Source: a virus
Taxonomy: Duplodnaviria; Caudoviricetes
DNA length: 27,164 nucleotides
Direction: 5' to 3' (one strand)
Virus record (IMG/VR): IMGVR_UViG_3300028373_000019
Coordinates: 1-27,164 of that record
The position numbers and the translations under genes were made by a program. The first letter of the stretch is position 1. Every line of letters begins with the position of its first letter. The notes under the pieces were generated by a model, which worked only from the letters and a program-made list of their open reading frames with translations, had not been told where the DNA came from and did no database searches. Below are positions 22,352 through 27,164 of the stretch, piece by piece.

Positions 22352-22867
22352 ATGAAAACAATTAAAAAACTCCCACTAGAACTATTTAAAAAGCACTTTA
22401 TTTATGAGCCGTTAACAGGACTTCTGTACAGGAAAGTGTTTAATAGGAAAGAGTGCAAGCCAAAGCTTATTATACCTAACCAGAAGCAGGGGAGATTCTA
22501 CCCCACCACGTCAATAAATCAAAAGGACTTTTTGTACCACAGAATATGTTATGCGATTTATCACAACAAGAGTTATTTTGGTATAATTGACCACATAAAT
22601 AGCGATAAACTAGATAGTAGAGCGAGCAACCTACGTGAGATTTCTAACGGTGACAACATATTCAGAGCAGGAATAAGAAAAAACAACTCCTCTGGAGTAA
22701 CGGGAGTTTCTTTTAACAAACGAAGCGGTACGTGGTCTGCCAATCTTTGCTGCAATTGGGTGAACGAGTATCTTGGCACATTTAAAACTAAGGGTGAAGC
22801 CGTCAAAGCTAGAAAGGATGCCGAATCAAAGCGTTATTCAAAATCTCTGTCATCCATTTCGTCGTAG
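22352..22867 (+). CDS. HNH-AP2 homing endonuclease
   Basis: YEPLTGLL, HR, IDHINSDKLDSRASNLR, NNSSGVTGVS, W.A, YLGTFKTKGEAVKAR..AE. ATG at 22352. Confidence 0.9.
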   Translation: MKTIKKLPLELFKKHFIYEPLTGLLYRKVFNRKECKPKLIIPNQKQGRFYPTTSINQKDFLYHRICYAIYHNKSYFGIIDHINSDKLDSRASNLREISNGDNIFRAGIRKNNSSGVTGVSFNKRSGTWSANLCCNWVNEYLGTFKTKGEAVKARKDAESKRYSKSLSSISS

Positions 22868-22968
22868 TCACAAAAATCATCTCCTTGTTCGTAAGAATCC
22901 AACTCGGCAACCTCTGTTCCATATATATCATTTCCTTCTGGCTCCTCATATTTAGGTGTGCTACTCAT
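22834..22968 (-). CDS. Highly acidic small protein (44 aa)
   Basis: MSSTPKYEEPEGNDIYGTEVAELDSYEQGDDFCDYDEMDDRDFE. TGC-TACAAT lies 8 nt before the ATG. Confidence 0.6.
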   Translation of the reverse strand: MSSTPKYEEPEGNDIYGTEVAELDSYEQGDDFCDYDEMDDRDFE

Positions 22969-22984
22969 TTCAAATAATTGTAGC

Positions 22985-23021
22985 ACAGAAAAAGCACCAC
23001 TTTTGGTAGTGCTTTTTCTGT
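22985..23021. terminator. Bidirectional intrinsic terminator
   Basis: ACAGAAAAAGCAC...GTGCTTTTTCTGT. Confidence 0.8.
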
Positions 23022-23090
23022 ATCAGCCGAACTGCTATTTCCTACAGGCATGTAGTAGTGGGTTACGTCGCGAAACTCCCCCACCGCTAG
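22985..23090 (-). ncRNA. Putative ~100-nt small RNA
   Basis: Own box plus TATAGT (23098..23093), hairpin GTGGG/CCCAC, ends at the terminator. No substantial ORF. Confidence 0.45.
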
Positions 23091-23116
23091 GTACTATACA
23101 CTACTGCCTAGACTTT

Positions 23117-24199
23117 TTATACTGAGTTATCAACAACGCCAATCTGTTGGTATTTATTCCAGTTAACCTTATTACTTTTAAAGTCTCGCAAAGAATAACC
23201 CAACTTCATTTCAAAATGTGGGCGGTCTACAAAGCCGTTCCAGTCACCTCCCCACTCAAAACCCTGCTTTTTCCCTACATCCCCAAGCAACGCCCACAGC
23301 GTGTCGCTGGCGTTGTACCCTTCTCGCCTAAACACAAAATCTACAGCAACCCCATAGTTATGCAGGGATTGCCCCGCTTTAGCGTTAGTCACTACAGCAC
23401 CTGGAGTTGTGCGCCCTTGATTGTACAATTCTGTCTGACGTTCTAGTGTTCGGAACCCTTCTACTATTCTCACTGGGTGCCCGCGACGTTTCATTTCAGC
23501 CACCACAGCATCTGCTGCTCGTTGTACTTTAGGACGTAGTTGGTTAGTAGCTTTAGCTGAGAGTAAATCAGTCAGTTGAGCTACCCTTTTTTTTAGCAGC
23601 TCAATCACCTTTCGCTGGAGTAGCTCAATGATAGTCTCTTGCTTACGCTGTATCTGCAATCCTGGTCGATACAGTGTCCAGTCTAGGGTCGCAGCTAGCA
23701 TACGGATGTCCCCCATAGAGTAGTGGTGCTGGTGGGTGATGTCGGGGAGTCCAGCTCCACGATAGTACTCGTGAATCATCTCATGTAGAACAGTTTGGAT
23801 GTACTTGTTTAGACGACTACCGCCTGTGACGTATCTCTTGGTTGTATCCTCATCAGAGCGTAAATAAAACTCACCAATCTGGTCAGTATCTATTGGGTTT
23901 GCGCCATTAAGTGTTGGCCTGATACCTGCTTTAGTCCAGCCGTCCATACTGAAATGCAAGCCAGTGAAATCGTAGCCTTGATTGAAGTAGGGTAGGAATA
24001 TTTTATCGAGCCATTTGTGTTCGATAGCCCCGCGCGCAGCCACCTCTGGCTTGGCTAAGTCAAGCCGTAGCTCAACGTCAATCGCTGTGAAGTTAGCGCT
24101 CGGACTGGCGTTTAGTGCCTTGAGGATTTCTCTGTGTTTAGCCTTAAGACTCTTCCAGTTAGGGAGAGTAGTATCGGTGGTCAGTAGTTTTATTTTCAT
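23117..24199 (-). CDS. Endolysin: N-terminal HExxH domain plus C-terminal M15 L-Ala-D-Glu peptidase
   Basis: RTLERQTELYNQGRT..VTNAKAGQSLHNYGVAVD, WGGDW..FVDRPHFE. HEMIH in the N-terminal half. Confidence 0.9.
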   Translation of the reverse strand: MKIKLLTTDTTLPNWKSLKAKHREILKALNASPSANFTAIDVELRLDLAKPEVAARGAIEHKWLDKIFLPYFNQGYDFTGLHFSMDGWTKAGIRPTLNGANPIDTDQIGEFYLRSDEDTTKRYVTGGSRLNKYIQTVLHEMIHEYYRGAGLPDITHQHHYSMGDIRMLAATLDWTLYRPGLQIQRKQETIIELLQRKVIELLKKRVAQLTDLLSAKATNQLRPKVQRAADAVVAEMKRRGHPVRIVEGFRTLERQTELYNQGRTTPGAVVTNAKAGQSLHNYGVAVDFVFRREGYNASDTLWALLGDVGKKQGFEWGGDWNGFVDRPHFEMKLGYSLRDFKSNKVNWNKYQQIGVVDNSV

Positions 24200-24450
24200 T
24201 AAACAAATCGTGAAATTACCGTGGTCACTACAGCAATGGATACACCCCAGACGGTCATTACTTTGGTTTGGAATGTGCCAAGGCTATTTATCTTTTGTTC
24301 GTGCATTGCGACTTTGCTATTCAGTTGGGTCAAGTGTCGGTCTATGTTCTCTAGGGAGTTCAACATAGACGCTTGGGTAGCTACATTCTGTCTACTTTCT
24401 AAGCGCAGTTCTTGAACCAGCTCCTTTACTGTGTACCCTCCAGAAGCCAT
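24199..24450 (-). CDS. Holin-associated coiled-coil membrane protein
   Basis: Coiled coil followed by one C-terminal hydrophobic helix. Abuts the endolysin start. Confidence 0.6.
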   Translation of the reverse strand: MASGGYTVKELVQELRLESRQNVATQASMLNSLENIDRHLTQLNSKVAMHEQKINSLGTFQTKVMTVWGVSIAVVTTVISRFV

Positions 24451-24453
24451 AGT

Positions 24454-24621
24454 CTATTTCAAGCGAGTTCCAAACCAAGTAATACCAGAAGCTCGATACC
24501 TAGCCCATAAAGCCCCTACAGCTAGTACAACCGTGATTAGGGCGGCTGCTACTGAGTCTGCGTTGTCTACTCCTATTGCTGCTAGAAGTGCTACTAAAAT
24601 GTACGTGATTGAATATTGCAT
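24454..24621 (-). CDS. Putative holin (55 aa)
   Basis: Not in the ORF track: MQYSITYILVALLAAIGVDNADSVAAALITVVLAVGALWARYRASGITWFGTRLK. Two hydrophobic helices and a basic tail. TGC-TATAAT lies 9 nt upstream. Confidence 0.7.
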   Translation of the reverse strand: MQYSITYILVALLAAIGVDNADSVAAALITVVLAVGALWARYRASGITWFGTRLK

Positions 24622-24641
24622 ATTGACTTAATTATAGCACG

Positions 24642-25496
24642 CTACATCATCATAACGACTCCTCGGCGGGCTGTTTGGGCTGCTGGTCCGCCACTTGCTT
24701 CAACTACAGTAAAGGTTCCACTTGATGTAAACGTGTGGATTGTGTTGGCACCTACGGTAGTGATAGTTCCACCAGAAGAATCGGTAGAAACACCGTCTGA
24801 GCCGTCTGTAGCGTAAGCGATTATTACAATTCCTGAGCCACCAGCACCACCATTTTTATCATCGGTACCAGCTCCACCTCCACCACCGCCAGTGTTGGCA
24901 GTACCGTCAGTCCCGTCTACATTCACTCCACCAGCTCCACCACCACCTGAGCCACCAGTGCCAGCTGTTCCAGAGCGCAGTCCCCCACCTCCACCTCCAC
25001 CATAAACTACAGAAGAACCAGAGATAGAATATGAAGAACCATTACCACCGTTTCCTCCTTGAGAACCACCTGAGGCATTGCTACCTGCAGACGCAGCTCC
25101 ACCTCCACCTCCACCCGGATAACCAGGTAGAGATAAAACTCCGTTTCCTCCACTATTCCCATCTCCATTTGAAGCTGCTCCAGAAGAGTTAAAGTGACCT
25201 CCACCCCCCGAACCACCTGCACTAGGTGCGTTTACTTCTGAACCACCGCGACCTCCACCATTTGAGGTAATACCTAACGCAACTGAGTCTTGACCATTAG
25301 AACCCGCAGATATTCCACCTCCTCCAGGTAAGTCAATTCCCCCAGCTCCTCCATCACCAACAGTTATTGTTTCAGTGCCAGCCGTGACGGTGACAGAAGC
25401 ATTGTATTTAACATCACCTGCCCCACCGCCACCGCCACCAGTAATAGTCCCACCACCACCACCGCCAGCAACTACTAATGCTTTTACTGTTGCCAT
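24642..25496 (-). CDS. Glycine-rich virion/tail-associated protein
   Basis: LVVAGGGGGG...GGGGGAG, YGGGGGG, ANTGGGGG, GGSGIVIIAY, IHTFTSSGTF. Confidence 0.8.
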   Translation of the reverse strand: MATVKALVVAGGGGGGTITGGGGGGAGDVKYNASVTVTAGTETITVGDGGAGGIDLPGGGGISAGSNGQDSVALGITSNGGGRGGSEVNAPSAGGSGGGGHFNSSGAASNGDGNSGGNGVLSLPGYPGGGGGGAASAGSNASGGSQGGNGGNGSSYSISGSSVVYGGGGGGGLRSGTAGTGGSGGGGAGGVNVDGTDGTANTGGGGGGAGTDDKNGGAGGSGIVIIAYATDGSDGVSTDSSGGTITTVGANTIHTFTSSGTFTVVEASGGPAAQTARRGVVMMM

Positions 25497-25499
25497 AGA

Positions 25500-25937
25500 C
25501 TAAGCAACCTCACCTTTAGACAGCGAGCCTTTTGTTACATCGTTTGTCCCCCTAATTGCTTTCAGTTTTGCCGCTACATTTGTGTCAGTTAGTGCCAGTT
25601 CAGCGGCCTCTTTATTTAGTTTTGCTTTTGCAACAGCGTCATATAAGTCTATTTCTTTTCTTGCTGCGACTTGTTCTGCTATTTCAGCAGCAGTGGGTTC
25701 CGCTACCACCGCTTCTTTAACAGTAGGTGCTGTCCACTCCCCATCAGAAAGGGTAGGGAATACCTCTGCCACTTCATTGGCGATATTGAGGATATTTTTT
25801 AGCCGACTATTCATTTCGTCTTTAGTGCGAAACTCGATTACCTCAGAAGTAATAACGTCTTTTCCGTCTTTTACGTCAACGGTACAGCTAATCTTATTGC
25901 CTAAGTTGTTGAAGTCCCGGGTGTGTATTGTTTTCAT
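25500..25937 (-). CDS. Hypothetical protein in the tail-fibre module
   Basis: 145 aa between the fibre and glycine-rich genes. Confidence 0.6.
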   Translation of the reverse strand: MKTIHTRDFNNLGNKISCTVDVKDGKDVITSEVIEFRTKDEMNSRLKNILNIANEVAEVFPTLSDGEWTAPTVKEAVVAEPTAAEIAEQVAARKEIDLYDAVAKAKLNKEAAELALTDTNVAAKLKAIRGTNDVTKGSLSKGEVA

Positions 25938-25947
25938 ATGAATATTG

Positions 25948-27164
25948 TTAGATGATTAGCCAAGTATTAGTAGCAGTTTTCTGACACACGCGACTGCCGT
26001 GGATTTCTCCAATTGCTAGTGGTGCTGATGCTGGTGCGTTTAATGTAACACCTGCACCCGCTGCGATAGTAGTAGAGCCAGCACCTCCTTGAGTGATAAG
26101 TATTTTAGTATTAACAGGGAAAGCGACATCTGCGTTTGGTGGGATTGTTATCGTGTTAGCGGCTGCGTTTGTTTGCCGTACCCCGTCTAGGTACTCATCT
26201 CCAATTACTAGGGTGTAGGTAGTGCCTGTTTGAGCGTTGACTGCACCTCTAATACCAGCCTTTAGATTTACTTGTGCCTGTAGCTTACCAATAGCTACTA
26301 GGATAGTGTCACCAGCCACTACAACGGCACTACTGGCAGTAGAGAGTCCCGTTAGTACGGTAGCTCTTACTGTGGTTGCGAAGTTACTAATAGTAGAAGC
26401 TAACTGTGTCCCAGTGTGAGTACTTCTTGCCCTTGCATCGACGTTTGGTACGTCAGATAGCCCCACCTGTGCCTTAGAGACACTGTGAGGATTGTCAGTA
26501 GCTGATACGTGTGCGAACGCTGTCGCTCCTCTGTCTCCTCGATAAGCAGTAGAAGATGTTTCCCCTAGAGCTAGTTGAGCTGAGATGATGGCGTATGCGC
26601 TCCCTGTCCAACGGTAGAGGATACCAGTATCTTGAGCGAGGTAAAACTTATCTGCTGCGCCAGTGCCAGGAAAATCTCCCACGTTGGCGTGTTCGCTAAT
26701 GTTATCAAAGGCTGAAAGGTCTGGCTTGTTTGAGAGGTCATCGTAGTCGCCTGAGGTGGCTACTGTTGCGAGGTCAGCAGTATTGGCTTTGTTTGCAATA
26801 TCACTCTCCATTGTGTCTAGGTTGACTGCTTGAGTGACTGTAAGAAAGTCTACTTTTGTACCTTGTGCGGCGGTTGCGAAGTCACTAGCCTTACTGCCAC
26901 TGTCTTTAATTAGTTTACCTGTAGTTGTATCAAATGCGGCGAAGTTATTGTTTACGGCTGAGGCTGGACCGACTACATCACCAGATCCAGCTGAGCCTCC
27001 TGGAATAGTTACGACAGTTTTTCCGCCAGCGTCTGTAACAGTTACTCCATCTCCGACAAAGTTTAGATCGTCACGTTGGGTTAGTGGCGTACCCTCATCT
27101 TCAATAGTGTGGCCACCACCGGTCCCGCCAGCTTTGAATACTAGACTTTTTCCATCATCTGATA
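25948..27164 (-). CDS. Tail fibre protein (5' end outside the window)
   Basis: The frame stays open from 26811 to the window edge. Fibre motifs GDVVGPASAVNNNFAAFDTTTGKLIKDSG, ATVATSGDYDDLSNKP, LGETSSTAYRGDRG, NPHSVSKAQVGL. Confidence 0.8.
   Translation of the reverse strand, partial: SDDGKSLVFKAGGTGGGHTIEDEGTPLTQRDDLNFVGDGVTVTDAGGKTVVTIPGGSAGSGDVVGPASAVNNNFAAFDTTTGKLIKDSGSKASDFATAAQGTKVDFLTVTQAVNLDTMESDIANKANTADLATVATSGDYDDLSNKPDLSAFDNISEHANVGDFPGTGAADKFYLAQDTGILYRWTGSAYAIISAQLALGETSSTAYRGDRGATAFAHVSATDNPHSVSKAQVGLSDVPNVDARARSTHTGTQLASTISNFATTVRATVLTGLSTASSAVVVAGDTILVAIGKLQAQVNLKAGIRGAVNAQTGTTYTLVIGDEYLDGVRQTNAAANTITIPPNADVAFPVNTKILITQGGAGSTTIAAGAGVTLNAPASAPLAIGEIHGSRVCQKTATNTWLII

Noticed and set aside
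24860-25470. CCA/CCT-rich low-complexity repeats
   Set aside because: Explained by glycine codons of the glycine-rich protein on the minus strand.
1-27164. CRISPR array or diversity-generating retroelement
   Set aside because: No regularly spaced repeats, no cas or reverse transcriptase gene, and no template/variable repeat pair differing at adenines seen by eye.

Overview
Fragment of a tailed dsDNA phage with podovirus-like (P22-type) gene order. Left, on the minus strand: co-chaperonin-like gene, small and large terminase, portal, scaffold, major capsid, adaptor, and a truncated beta-propeller tail protein. Right, on the minus strand: truncated tail fibre, glycine-rich protein, holins and a two-domain endolysin. 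Between them (about 9.2-23.1 kb) is what appears to be the whole non-structural region, transcribed divergently from 15.26-15.43 kb. It encodes an ERF annealing protein, SSB-like protein, HNH nucleases, a DUF5664 dNTP hydrolase, a ribbon-helix-helix regulator, a metallophosphoesterase, an RNA ligase and a lytic transglycosylase. I recognise no integrase, polymerase, helicase or CI-type repressor. The most striking signal is non-coding. A ~122-nt tRNA-shaped RNA (9220-9341, minus) has its anticodon arm replaced by a loop made almost entirely of two antisense segments. These match the translation-initiation regions of the first genes of both divergent early operons (17/17 nt and 9/9 nt). Several other structured RNAs show two-site complementarity to structured leaders, resembling P1 C4 / P4 CI logic. 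About 16 promoters carry a DnaA-box-like 9-mer at near-fixed spacing upstream of the -10 hexamer, and many mRNAs look leaderless. All protein calls come from motif recognition by eye and all RNA structures from manual pairing; no search or folding program was run.
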